Of a stretch of 64,000 nt of DNA, positions 39,489 to 49,410 are shown piece by piece (within the stretch, counting starts at the first letter, position 1; the number at the start of each line of letters is the position of its first letter). The stretch comes from Alphaproteobacteria bacterium. GTDB taxonomy: Bacteria; Pseudomonadota; Alphaproteobacteria; JBKEAR01. Location of the stretch: NCBI GenBank assembly GCA_047973205.1, contig JBKEBO010000065.1:4540-68539 (forward strand), given 5' to 3'. Below the pieces are notes generated by a model. It worked only from the letters and a program-made list of their open reading frames with translations. It did not search any database and was not told the origin of the DNA. The translations under genes were made by a program, and so were the position numbers.

Positions 39489-40595
39489 TTAGCCGTCTTC
39501 TTTATATAAAATTAGAGATATTGCCGCCATAATTGCAATAATAGAAGGAAGCCATGCCGCAATTAAGACGGGAATATTTCCCTCTAAACCTAATGAGAAT
39601 ACAATAGACGAAAATGACCAAATAATAAAGCCTGATATTATACTTACAATGATAACATAGCCACCACCACCACGGCGAGAGGGGCGTAAGGCAAGCACTG
39701 CTCCTAAAACGGCGAGTGAGACAAAAAGAAAAGGTTGGGCAATTTTATTGAAGAAATATAGTAAGTGATGACTAACACTTAAACCTGCTTTTTTAAGGAT
39801 TCTGATGTTTTTAGGTAATTGCCAGAATGTTAAAAATTCGGGAGATATGGCTCGTTCGATTAGGTCTTTCGCAGGTAGATTTGTTGAAAGAGAGAGTTTT
39901 TCTTTTTGTGTAGTCTCTTGATTACGATAGTTAATTTGGGTAACCTCGGATAAATCCCAATGTTCACCATATATAACGGCACTCCCAAAAAGAATCTGCT
40001 CAAGAAGATTGCCTGTCTCATCTTGAATGCGGGTATTACCACCAATAATTTTTAAACTGTCCTTTTTGCGGGTTAGTGGGATTACCTTGCCCATGGTGAG
40101 TATATAGTAATTATCGCCAACTTTATTTCTTACCCAACTATTTGCCTGAATAATGCTCTGCTCGCTTGCAATAGCTTCACCTTTGACAACATCTTGTTTA
40201 AGGTCGTATAAAGTATTTAAATTAACAGCTACAGGGTTTAGCATCGTAATAGAGATAATGCCCAAAATAAAAGATACTCCAACAATAGGAGATAAAAACC
40301 GCCAAGCTGAAACACCAATGGAGCGAATAACATCAACCTCACTATCAACACAAAGCCTACGAAAGACAATAACTGTAGTCAATAAGATAGCAAAAGGGAG
40401 AATTTGCTCAAAAAGTCCAGGCATTTTTAGCATAGAAAGACCAATAGCATCAAGAGGCTGAGCTTGATCTTTACGAGAGAGACGATAAGCAGTTTCGATA
40501 GAATCAATTAAGAAGACCAATAGCATCAAGCCTGCAGAAAGCCCTATAAAGGTCGCCAAAAATCGCTTTAATAAATATTTATACAAAATGGTCAT
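39489..40595 (-). CDS. lptG: LptF/LptG family LPS export permease
   Basis: 368 aa with YjgP/YjgQ permease topology, N-terminal TM helices, a periplasmic beta-jellyroll region and C-terminal TMs. Only one paralog is present here. Confidence 0.75.
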   Translation of the reverse strand: MTILYKYLLKRFLATFIGLSAGLMLLVFLIDSIETAYRLSRKDQAQPLDAIGLSMLKMPGLFEQILPFAILLTTVIVFRRLCVDSEVDVIRSIGVSAWRFLSPIVGVSFILGIISITMLNPVAVNLNTLYDLKQDVVKGEAIASEQSIIQANSWVRNKVGDNYYILTMGKVIPLTRKKDSLKIIGGNTRIQDETGNLLEQILFGSAVIYGEHWDLSEVTQINYRNQETTQKEKLSLSTNLPAKDLIERAISPEFLTFWQLPKNIRILKKAGLSVSHHLLYFFNKIAQPFLFVSLAVLGAVLALRPSRRGGGGYVIIVSIISGFIIWSFSSIVFSLGLEGNIPVLIAAWLPSIIAIMAAISLILYKEDG

Positions 40596-41575
40596 TATGA
40601 CTTTTCTCTCGCAGCTCTATTTAGTCTATCGTTAATAGCCACACCAATACCCTCATTTGGGATAGGAGCAACACTGATATATTTAACATTAAGTTTATCG
40701 GCTTTCCACAAAAAGGAGAATAAATTTTTTGCGGCCTCATCAAGATTACCTGTTTCGCTTAAGTTTAACTCAAAAGGATGGTTAATCTCATTTGAGCCAA
40801 AACTTAGCCAAGCTTCATCATTATTGGGTTGAGTAATGTTGAGTTTTAGCGATTTTTGTGGAGAATAATGTTTAAGCATTTGCCCTGGAGAAAGCACTTT
40901 GCCTTCCTTATTCGGTTGCGTGCTTACATCAATAGAGCAGCTAAGGCAAGCTTCGATATCTTGGACAGAGATTGCTCCATGGCGAAGTAAAATAGGTTTT
41001 TGAGTGCGAGCATCAATAATTGTGGATTCTAAACCAATAGGGGCAATTGAGCCGTCAATAATGTAAATATCTGCATGACTTAAGGATTCGGCAACATGTT
41101 CGGCAGATGTAGGGCTAAGTGATTGGCTTTTATTTGCTGAAGGAGCTGCTATGGGGCGTGCGAATCTTTTAAGAATTTCTTCAAAAATGGGATGATGAGG
41201 AGCTCTTAAAGCAACAGAAGATAGTCCAGCAGTTACATGGGATGCGATAGGGGTATCTTCTTTAAGTTCGCAGATAATGCTTAAAGGGCCAGGCCAAAAA
41301 GTTTCCATTAGGATTCGAGCTTGGGGTGAAACCTCCACATAGGCCGAAAGCTCGAAGTCTTTATGAACATGGCAAATTAAGGGATTAATTGCAGGGCGAT
41401 CTTTTATGCTAAATATCTGTTGTACGGCTAAATCATTTGTAGCATCAGCCCCAAGGCCATAAACAGTTTCTGTTGGTAAAGCAATAACATGACCATTATT
41501 TAGTTCATTTATTGCAATATCAATAGATTTTATGTCTGTGCCATCAATAATCTTTGGCATAAAGTCTTTCCCCAT
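40595..41575 (-). CDS. L-threonylcarbamoyladenylate synthase (Sua5/YrdC/TsaC family, long form)
   Basis: YrdC core (PTETVYGLGADA...PSAN) plus a C-terminal Sua5 domain, 326 aa. The start overlaps the lptG stop. Confidence 0.85.
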   Translation of the reverse strand: MGKDFMPKIIDGTDIKSIDIAINELNNGHVIALPTETVYGLGADATNDLAVQQIFSIKDRPAINPLICHVHKDFELSAYVEVSPQARILMETFWPGPLSIICELKEDTPIASHVTAGLSSVALRAPHHPIFEEILKRFARPIAAPSANKSQSLSPTSAEHVAESLSHADIYIIDGSIAPIGLESTIIDARTQKPILLRHGAISVQDIEACLSCSIDVSTQPNKEGKVLSPGQMLKHYSPQKSLKLNITQPNNDEAWLSFGSNEINHPFELNLSETGNLDEAAKNLFSFLWKADKLNVKYISVAPIPNEGIGVAINDRLNRAAREKS

Positions 41576-41660
41576 TATTTAAAGTCCTTTTATCATATAT
41601 AGTAATATGCTAAAAAAGCAAGAATGTGTCAAAAAACAAATAAATAAAAAGGAAATTATA

Positions 41661-43118
41661 ATGGATATTCAGTTTTCATCTTCACTTCAAGCTCAGAGTG
41701 ATATAGTTTTTGTGGGCTTTGATGGTAAAAAATGGTTTGCCCCTATGGATGAGACTTTAGAAAAACAGCTGCAAAAGGCAGTGGATGCTTCTAAATTTGA
41801 GGGAAAATGGGGTAGTGAGCTTAGCTTTTTTAGTGGTGATATTGGCAAGCAGGTCAGTATTTTAGGCCTTGATAAAAAAGAGAAATCTCAAGCAGATATG
41901 CTCTATTTAGGTGGACTCATAGCAAAGCTTGGTCGTAAAAAAGAAAAAATTCAGCTGGTTTTGTCTGATTTAGAAGTTCAAGGGCAAGATGCTATGGGCT
42001 TGGTTGCTCAAGGGCTAGTAATAGGTGATTGGCGATTTTTAAAATATAAGTCCGATAGCAAAAAAGAAAAAAGTCATATTCAAAAGGTTAATATTCAAGT
42101 TAAGGATGAGAAAAAAAGCCAAGAAAGTTTTATTCCTCTTAAGGCTGCTGCAGAAGGCATGGCTGCAAGCCGTGAGCTTGTCTCGGAGCCAGGAAATGTT
42201 CTTTATCCCGAAAGCTTTATGCTAAAAGCCAAAGAATTAGAAACCTTAGGCTGTGAAGTCGAAATTTTAGATGAAAAAGCTTTGGCTGCAAAAAATATGA
42301 ATGCTTTTTTATCGGTTGGTCAAGGAAGCGAAAGGGCCTCATATTTAGTGGCTATTCGCTGGAAAGGCTCAAAAGATAAAAACATAGCACCTATTGCCTT
42401 TGTTGGTAAGGGGATAACCTTTGATACAGGTGGAATTTCCCTTAAACCTTCTGCTGGTATGGAAGAGATGATATTTGATATGGGGGGAGCAGCAGCAGCT
42501 TTTGGAGCCATTAAAGCGATTGCTTTAAGAAAAGCCAAAGTAAATGTTGTTGCAGTTTTAGGTTTAGCTGAAAATATGCCCGATGGTAAAGCCTCTAGAC
42601 CTGGAGATATTGTTACGACATATGGTGGTAAAACGGTCGAGATTGTGAATACAGATGCCGAAGGGCGTTTGGTTTTAGCAGATTGTCTAACCTATGCTCA
42701 AAGGGATGAAAAAGCAAAAATGGTTATCGATTTAGCAACATTAACAGGAGCGATGTTAGTCTCTTTAGGTGAAGAAAGAGCAGGGCTATTTAGTCATGAT
42801 GAGGAACTATTGGCTGCTCTTATGGCTGCGGGAGATGAGACAGGTGAGAAGCTATGGCCATTTCCCCTAACAGAAGAATATGATGACTTAATAAAAACAA
42901 AACATGCTGATATTAAAAATGTTGGTAAAGGTCGCTTTGGAGGCTCAATTGCAGCAGCTAAGTTTTTAGAAGCCTTTATTGAGGAAGGAACTATTTGGGC
43001 TCATATAGATATGGCTCCAACGGCATGGAGAAAAGAAGAGAAACTTCCCCTATGTGCAGGTGCAACAGGCTATGGAGCAAGACTTTTAGATAAGTTTATC
43101 CAAAGTAAAGAGGATTAA
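41661..43118 (+). CDS. pepA: Leucyl aminopeptidase (M17)
   Basis: NTDAEGRLVLAD signature and GITFDTGG. The likely start is the ATG at 41661, with AAGGA upstream. The track ORF starts at 41607. Confidence 0.9.
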   Translation: MDIQFSSSLQAQSDIVFVGFDGKKWFAPMDETLEKQLQKAVDASKFEGKWGSELSFFSGDIGKQVSILGLDKKEKSQADMLYLGGLIAKLGRKKEKIQLVLSDLEVQGQDAMGLVAQGLVIGDWRFLKYKSDSKKEKSHIQKVNIQVKDEKKSQESFIPLKAAAEGMAASRELVSEPGNVLYPESFMLKAKELETLGCEVEILDEKALAAKNMNAFLSVGQGSERASYLVAIRWKGSKDKNIAPIAFVGKGITFDTGGISLKPSAGMEEMIFDMGGAAAAFGAIKAIALRKAKVNVVAVLGLAENMPDGKASRPGDIVTTYGGKTVEIVNTDAEGRLVLADCLTYAQRDEKAKMVIDLATLTGAMLVSLGEERAGLFSHDEELLAALMAAGDETGEKLWPFPLTEEYDDLIKTKHADIKNVGKGRFGGSIAAAKFLEAFIEEGTIWAHIDMAPTAWRKEEKLPLCAGATGYGARLLDKFIQSKED

Positions 43119-43121
43119 TTT

Positions 43122-43568
43122 GTGGTCGAGGTTAGCTTTTATCATTTAATTCAAATGCCGCTTAGTCGGGCGTTACCAAAGCTTTTAGAGCAAAGTATAA
43201 AAGTTGGTAAAAAATCGGTGGTGCGTGTAGGCAAGGCCTCACGCATCAGCAGCCTTAGCCGTAGTTTATGGGTATATCAAGATGATGGTTGGTTGCCCCA
43301 TGCTAAACAGGATGAAGATGCAAAAGATAATATCATTTGGCTAACAGCTGAGAGTAATAATCCTATTGAGGCAGAATTTTTATTTGCAGTTGAACAAGCG
43401 AGTATAGAATCTTTTGAGGATTATGAGCGAGTATTCTATTTGTTTGATGGCACAAATGATATGGCTCTTAAAGATGCAAGAGCTTTGTGGAAAAATCTAA
43501 GCAACCAAGATGTGCGGCTTTCTTATTGGAAACAAGATGATAGTGGAAAATGGAAAAAGGCCTCATAA
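43122..43568 (+). CDS. holC: DNA polymerase III chi subunit
   Basis: 148 aa, N-terminal VSFYHL and the chi fold pattern. It sits immediately downstream of pepA, the conserved pepA-holC pair. Confidence 0.75.
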   Translation: MVEVSFYHLIQMPLSRALPKLLEQSIKVGKKSVVRVGKASRISSLSRSLWVYQDDGWLPHAKQDEDAKDNIIWLTAESNNPIEAEFLFAVEQASIESFEDYERVFYLFDGTNDMALKDARALWKNLSNQDVRLSYWKQDDSGKWKKAS

Positions 43569-43608
43569 AATGAGCCCTTTTTTATTTGTTAATATATAAT
43601 TCTTAAAG

Positions 43609-44973
43609 CTATTTTGCGGCAAATACATCATTACTAAAAACAGCTTTATCTTTATTATAACGAGCAAAGCCAATAAGAAGAAACACAAGGCCAACCGCAG
43701 CAAATGCAGCTTCGATATACCATGATTTTTCAGCCAGATGACCCCACATAAAGCCTGCACTATAAGCACCAATAGAGTAACCTAACATAGAAGCCCCGTT
43801 ATATAAGCCCATAGCCGTGTTAGAAAGACTTTCGGGTAGTATTTCTCTAAACCAAACAAAACCAGCAATCATAAAAGCACCATAGGTGAGAGCATGAAGG
43901 CTTTCGGCAATAAAAATGATTTGTTCTTGCGAGGTTGTACCTAAAATCAGCCAACGAACAACAGAGGCAATAGCACCAATAATGATTAAATCAGTTGCTT
44001 TGGTTTCTTTACGAAAGAGATATAAAAGTAAAGCCGTAATCCCCACAAGAGCCGAGCCATAAGTGAGGGTGAATAAAATATTAGCAATGCTTGCATTCAC
44101 TTTGATTAAAAGGAAGTAAGCTGCAACGGCGATAGCAAAGGTAATCGCAAGATTTCTAAAAACTCGTAAACTATCTTGAGTTCGTAAGATATAGCCAAAA
44201 GCAATAAGAGAAATAACCTCAGCACCCACACGCATTGTCCAAAGGTCAGAAATACGAGAGGGAGAAAATCCAACGGCATCCCAACGAATAGAGCCAAAAA
44301 AGAGCTCTTGGCCACTACTTTTAGAGATTAAGAAAATACCAATTGTAAAAAAGGCAATGGAAGGTTGGGCAAAAAGTTTAAGCCGTGAAAAGCTATCTTG
44401 TGGTTGTGTAGAGGTTTGATAGCGAGGTAAAATGAAAGTCCCTAACACCATTAAAACCATAAAGAGAGAAACAAGTTTGCTCATAAGTTCAACCCAGTCC
44501 TCACGACCTGTAATTAAAAATCCAGTAAGCTGAGCAGCAATAATAAAAGCAATAGAGCCAACAGAGCGAATAATGCCCCAATTACCCTTAACATCTTTGG
44601 CAATGGCAAGACCAAGATTATCAATAATGGGAATAACGGCTACCCAAAACAGACGGAATAATGTATAACATATTAAAACCCAAATAAAGCTATCTTTAAA
44701 TACGGGTAAAAGCAGCCAAAAAATAAGTGAAAGAGTAGAAAGACAAAAGGTGAGGGCACGGAAAGCTTGAGTTCTATCAGCAATAGCACCGACAATAGGA
44801 TCTAAAAAAAGTGACAGGCTTAAGGATACGCCTAAAATAATGGAGATTTGTCCCCAGCTCCAGCCATAATGGGCAAACCATAGGGCTAAAAAAGGAAGTA
44901 AAACACCATAAGGTAGATAGATAAGTGCATTAAATACACCAATACGCGTTTGTAAAAATTGATTATTAAACAT
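43609..44973 (-). CDS. MFS transporter
   Basis: 12-TM topology. The internal ATG at 44973 has a strong GGGAGA Shine-Dalgarno. The track ORF starts at 45039. Confidence 0.75.
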   Translation of the reverse strand: MFNNQFLQTRIGVFNALIYLPYGVLLPFLALWFAHYGWSWGQISIILGVSLSLSLFLDPIVGAIADRTQAFRALTFCLSTLSLIFWLLLPVFKDSFIWVLICYTLFRLFWVAVIPIIDNLGLAIAKDVKGNWGIIRSVGSIAFIIAAQLTGFLITGREDWVELMSKLVSLFMVLMVLGTFILPRYQTSTQPQDSFSRLKLFAQPSIAFFTIGIFLISKSSGQELFFGSIRWDAVGFSPSRISDLWTMRVGAEVISLIAFGYILRTQDSLRVFRNLAITFAIAVAAYFLLIKVNASIANILFTLTYGSALVGITALLLYLFRKETKATDLIIIGAIASVVRWLILGTTSQEQIIFIAESLHALTYGAFMIAGFVWFREILPESLSNTAMGLYNGASMLGYSIGAYSAGFMWGHLAEKSWYIEAAFAAVGLVFLLIGFARYNKDKAVFSNDVFAAK

Positions 44974-45084
44974 TAAAAATATTCTCCCAAGATATATTTC
45001 AAGCATAGATATAGGGGCTACAAAAGAAATTGCAAGCATTTTTTTCTATAAAATTTTTTTTTAATGCCTATATGTATTAGTTGA

Positions 45085-46980
45085 CTAGTCGTCTTGTTTT
45101 TGAAGTCTTTCTAATTCATCAGATAATTCAAGCCACTGGGTTTCTATATCTTCAATTTTTTTGCTTAAAAGCCCAAAATCTTTATTAAGGGCAATAAAGG
45201 CATCATTGTCTTTTTCGTATAATGTTTGGTCAGCTAGCTTTTGCTCAATCTCTTTTGCTTTGGCATTTTCTTTTGCAAGCTGCTTTTCTAATTGAGTAAT
45301 TTGAGAGCGTAAGGGGGCGAGCTGTTGTCTTTTTTCGGCATTTTGCTGTCGTATTTCTTTTTTGGTGGATGTTATATTTGTTTCATCTTTATTTACATTC
45401 CGAGGCTTTTCTTTTTTATTTTTTTCTAAAAGAAGTATTTGTTGATAATCATCTAAATCGCCTTCGAAGCGAGAGAGCTTACCATCTTTAACGAGCCATA
45501 GACGCTCAGATATAACCGATAAAAACCAGCGGTCGTGACTTACCGTAATCACTGCCCCTTTGTAATCTTGTAAAGCATTGATGAGAGCCTCACGGCTTTC
45601 GATGTCTAGATGGTTCGAGGGTTCATCAAGTAAGAGTAGGTGAGGCTTGTCCATAAAAATACGAGCCATGAGTAATCGAGCTTTTTCACCACCAGAAAAA
45701 CTGGAGATAGAACGGCCAATATGGCTTTCACTAAAGCCAAAACGTCCTAAATAATCACGATGCTCTTGCTCGCTTAATTTTGGTTTTTCTCTTCGCATAT
45801 AAGATAAAACATCACTCTTTAAAGGGAGGCTATCTGCTTGGTCTTGAGAAAAATATCCAATACGCAATTTAGGATTTTTTAAATAATCACCAGAAAGATA
45901 GGGGACTTTTTCGGCTAAGAGTCGCATAAAGGTTGTTTTACCGTTACCATTTGCTCCAATAAGGCCAATGCGATCCCCCATAGAAAGACGAAAAGTCATA
46001 TAATGGAGAATGTTATGGTCTGGCTCATAGCCGCAAAACATATTATCCGCACTATAGATAGGTGGGGGGAGCTGTTCTGGCTCAGGGAGATGAAATACGG
46101 GTGCATTTGGCTCAATAAGTTGATGAACAGGTTGCATTTTCTCAAGCATTTTAACACGACTTTGAGCCTGCTTGGCCTTTGAGGCTTTGGCTTTGAAGCG
46201 ATCAACAAAAGCTTGGAGGTGAGCCCGTTGTTTTTCTTGTTTTTCAATTTGCGTACTTAAATGTTGCATTTGTGTTTTGCGGGTTTTAATGAAGTTATCA
46301 AAATTACCCCCATAAGGTTTTACTTCACCACCAATAAGGTGTAAAATATGGTTAGGGACTTGGTTTAAAATATCACGGTCATGGCTAATAAATATGAGTG
46401 TTCCTTGAAACTGCTTAAGCCAGTCTGTAAGCCATAAAACGGCTTCTAAATCTAGATGATTGGTTGGCTCATCCAAAAGCATAATATCAGGTTCTAAAAA
46501 TAAAATCCGTGCAACAGATAACCGCATTCGCCAGCCGCCCGAAAAATCATCAGCAGGGCGATTTAAATCTTCCAAACTAAAGCCAAGTCCTAATAATATG
46601 CGGCTTGCACGTTGCTCAGCAGTGTCTGCTGATATGGCTTTAAGTCGGTTATGAATATCAGCAAGTTCAATAGGCTCTGCAACTTCTAGTTTTTGTAAAA
46701 GCTCACTACGCTCTGTATCAGCAACTAAAACGGTATCTAAAATACTTTGTGAGCCAGAAGGAGCTTCTTGCTCCATCATGGCCATGGTTTTACGTTTAGA
46801 GCGTTCAATCTTGCCTTCGTCAGCAATAATCTCACCAGCAATAATTTTAAGTAAAGTTGACTTTCCTGCACCATTTGAGCCAATAAGAGCAGCTTTGTTG
46901 CCATTTTGTAAGGTGAAGTTTATTTGATTAAGTAATCTTTTGCCTCCAAAGCCAAAGGATATATCTTGTACTGAAATCAT
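45085..46980 (-). CDS. ABC-F family ATPase (Uup/EttA-like, two NBDs plus coiled-coil C-terminal extension)
   Basis: Walker A GSNGAGKST and GANGNGKTT, two LSGG signatures, no TM domains, C-terminal coiled-coil. Confidence 0.85.
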   Translation of the reverse strand: MISVQDISFGFGGKRLLNQINFTLQNGNKAALIGSNGAGKSTLLKIIAGEIIADEGKIERSKRKTMAMMEQEAPSGSQSILDTVLVADTERSELLQKLEVAEPIELADIHNRLKAISADTAEQRASRILLGLGFSLEDLNRPADDFSGGWRMRLSVARILFLEPDIMLLDEPTNHLDLEAVLWLTDWLKQFQGTLIFISHDRDILNQVPNHILHLIGGEVKPYGGNFDNFIKTRKTQMQHLSTQIEKQEKQRAHLQAFVDRFKAKASKAKQAQSRVKMLEKMQPVHQLIEPNAPVFHLPEPEQLPPPIYSADNMFCGYEPDHNILHYMTFRLSMGDRIGLIGANGNGKTTFMRLLAEKVPYLSGDYLKNPKLRIGYFSQDQADSLPLKSDVLSYMRREKPKLSEQEHRDYLGRFGFSESHIGRSISSFSGGEKARLLMARIFMDKPHLLLLDEPSNHLDIESREALINALQDYKGAVITVSHDRWFLSVISERLWLVKDGKLSRFEGDLDDYQQILLLEKNKKEKPRNVNKDETNITSTKKEIRQQNAEKRQQLAPLRSQITQLEKQLAKENAKAKEIEQKLADQTLYEKDNDAFIALNKDFGLLSKKIEDIETQWLELSDELERLQKQDD

Positions 46981-47081
46981 ATCTTTATCCCAAAAAATTG
47001 TATAGCTATTGCTTTATTTATCAATCAAGGGTACAAATTAATAGAATAAAGCAACAAATACAATAAGGAAATAATATTAAA

Positions 47082-47504
47082 ATGGCTATTGAACGAACGC
47101 TATCTTTGATTAAGCCAGATGCGACAATACGAAACTTAAGTGGTTCAATTAATAAGATTATTGAAGAAAACGGCCTAAAAATCATTGCTCAAAAACGCTT
47201 AAAGCTTACGAAGAATCAAGCGGAAGCTTTTTATGCAGAACATAAGGGTAAGGAGTTTTTTGAGGCTCTTGTAACCTCGATGATAAAAGCCCATATTGTG
47301 GCTCAGGTTTTAGAAGGTGAAGATGCTATTGCGACCTATAGAAAGCTTATGGGACCGACAGACCCTAAAAAACAAACACAAGAAACTATTCGAAAACAGT
47401 TTGGTATTGATTATCGCCAAAATAGTGTCCATGGCTCAGATTCTAAAGAGAGTGCTGTTAAAGAAATTACCTTTTTCTTCTCTCAGTTAGAGCTGGTTGA
47501 TTAG
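47082..47504 (+). CDS. ndk: Nucleoside diphosphate kinase
   Basis: 140 aa, ERTLSLIKPD start, NSVHGSDS active-site histidine motif. Confidence 0.95.
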   Translation: MAIERTLSLIKPDATIRNLSGSINKIIEENGLKIIAQKRLKLTKNQAEAFYAEHKGKEFFEALVTSMIKAHIVAQVLEGEDAIATYRKLMGPTDPKKQTQETIRKQFGIDYRQNSVHGSDSKESAVKEITFFFSQLELVD

Positions 47505-47527
47505 CATAGAGTTTAAAGGTTTTTTAG

Positions 47528-48646
47528 ATGGATGATAAAAAAACACAACAAAGAATAGCTTGGGTTACCATTGGATTTTGGCTGCTTGTATTTCTTTTAA
47601 GTCTATGGTTTATCAATATATTCAGCTCCATACTTCTTCCTTTTGTCGTAAGTATGATTTTGGCTTATCTTCTTAATCCGCTTATCGGTTTTTTAGAGAA
47701 AAAAGGCCTTAAGCGGCTTTATGCTATTTTAATCGTACTGGGTATATTTGTTCTGATTTTTATTGGCTTTTTGTTATGGATTATTCCGATGCTGATTATT
47801 CAGGTAGGAGACTTTATCCACGACCTTCCCGAAGTAACACAAAATTTAGGCAATAAAATCAATACTCTTTTAGACTATTTACACCAAAAAATGCAATTGC
47901 CGATGGAAAATGTAACCTCAAATTATTCCTTGCAAGAACAAGCCCAAAAATGGCTTAGTGAACATTCGGCAACTATTTGGAATGTTGTTCAAAATGTTCT
48001 TAGTAAGCTTTTTGGTACGGGCGCTCGTATTGTTGGCTTTTTGTCGCTTATTTTCTTAACACCCGTCATTACCATGTATTTGCTGATGGATTGGGATAAA
48101 CTTGTGGCAACTATTCGTAAAAATATTCCTAGAGATTATATGAGATATGCCGATGAAATAGCTAAAGATATTAATGATGTTCTCTCTGGTTTTTTAAGAG
48201 GGCAGTTTTTAGTTTGTAGTATTTTGGCTATTTGGTTTTCGGTTAGTTTAACCTTTATTGGCCTTCCCTATGGTGCTCTTATTGGAGTATTTATTGGCTT
48301 TGTTGCTTTTATTCCTTATTTAGGAACATGGATGGGTGTTATTTTAGGCCTAGGTACGGCTATTGCACAATTTGATAATATATTACAGATTATTGCAGTG
48401 GCAGTGGCATTACTTGCAGGACAGTTGGTTGAGAGCAACTATCTTTCACCAAAGCTTGTGGGTGATAGGGTAAATTTACATCCTGTATGGATTATCTTCG
48501 GTTTATTTGCAGGTGGTGCTATTGCAGGCTTTACGGGTATTTTATTGGCTGTTCCGATTGCAAGTTGCATTGGTGTGCTTGTTCGCTTTACGATGGCTCG
48601 CTATCGTGAGAGTGGTTTTTATTTGGGTTTTTCTGAAAAGAGATAA
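47528..48646 (+). CDS. AI-2E family transporter (PerM/YhhT-like)
   Basis: 372-aa polytopic membrane protein with the conserved AI-2E architecture. Confidence 0.8.
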   Translation: MDDKKTQQRIAWVTIGFWLLVFLLSLWFINIFSSILLPFVVSMILAYLLNPLIGFLEKKGLKRLYAILIVLGIFVLIFIGFLLWIIPMLIIQVGDFIHDLPEVTQNLGNKINTLLDYLHQKMQLPMENVTSNYSLQEQAQKWLSEHSATIWNVVQNVLSKLFGTGARIVGFLSLIFLTPVITMYLLMDWDKLVATIRKNIPRDYMRYADEIAKDINDVLSGFLRGQFLVCSILAIWFSVSLTFIGLPYGALIGVFIGFVAFIPYLGTWMGVILGLGTAIAQFDNILQIIAVAVALLAGQLVESNYLSPKLVGDRVNLHPVWIIFGLFAGGAIAGFTGILLAVPIASCIGVLVRFTMARYRESGFYLGFSEKR

Positions 48647-48653
48647 GTAACGA

Positions 48654-49322
48654 ATGGCTTCGCAAATTCCTTTAGATTTATCTTTTGAGCCTTCTTATCG
48701 TAAGGAGGATTACATTATTAATACTCAAAATAAAGCGATTATGCAGCTTTATGAGTTATGGCCTTGTTGGAATAATCCGTGGATTTTAATTGAGGGTGAA
48801 GAGGGGGCAGGCAAGACACATCTTGGCCATATTTTTGCAGAAAAAATGCAAGCAAAAATGATTACAGATTTCGACTTTAATCTCTATGATATTTTAGATT
48901 CAAATCAACCGCTGATTGTCGATGTTGCTTTGCCAGAAAATGCAGAGCATCAAGATATGTTATTCCATATGATTAATCATGTAAAAGAAAGCCAACAATA
49001 TGGAGTTTTTTTAACAGAACCTATTGATAAGCTTAACTTTACGTTACTTGCTGATTTACATTCTCGCTTAAGACAAATGCTCTCTTTCCGCTTGGAAATC
49101 TTAGATGAGCATACCCTTGAGGCATTATTGGTGAAGCTATTTTCTGACCGTCAACTGAGCCTAAGCTTGCCTCAAATAAAATGGCTTGTTCCGAGGGTTA
49201 GAAGAACATATGCTTTTTTACGCTCTTATGTTGCCCAAGTGGATAAGGTAAGTCTTGCAAGCAAAGAAAAAATTACAATAAAACTCTTAAAACAGGAGCT
49301 TGAAAATATATTGCGAAAGTAA
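48654..49322 (+). CDS. hdaA: DnaA regulatory inactivator HdaA-like protein
   Basis: 222 aa with a degenerate AAA+ Walker A (GEEGAGKTHL), DnaA domain-III-like. Confidence 0.7.
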   Translation: MASQIPLDLSFEPSYRKEDYIINTQNKAIMQLYELWPCWNNPWILIEGEEGAGKTHLGHIFAEKMQAKMITDFDFNLYDILDSNQPLIVDVALPENAEHQDMLFHMINHVKESQQYGVFLTEPIDKLNFTLLADLHSRLRQMLSFRLEILDEHTLEALLVKLFSDRQLSLSLPQIKWLVPRVRRTYAFLRSYVAQVDKVSLASKEKITIKLLKQELENILRK

Positions 49323-49410
49323 AAATATCTTTTGGGTAGAATATAATACAATACTACTTGCACTATAGTAAAATCATATGATAAAAATAATAAGAAACAA
49401 GGAGATGATA

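Noticed and set aside
43563-43772. 69-aa ORF overlapping the 3' end of the MFS transporter gene
   Set aside because: It is in the same region as the MFS C-terminus in another frame, with a hydrophobic low-complexity translation and no ribosome-binding site.
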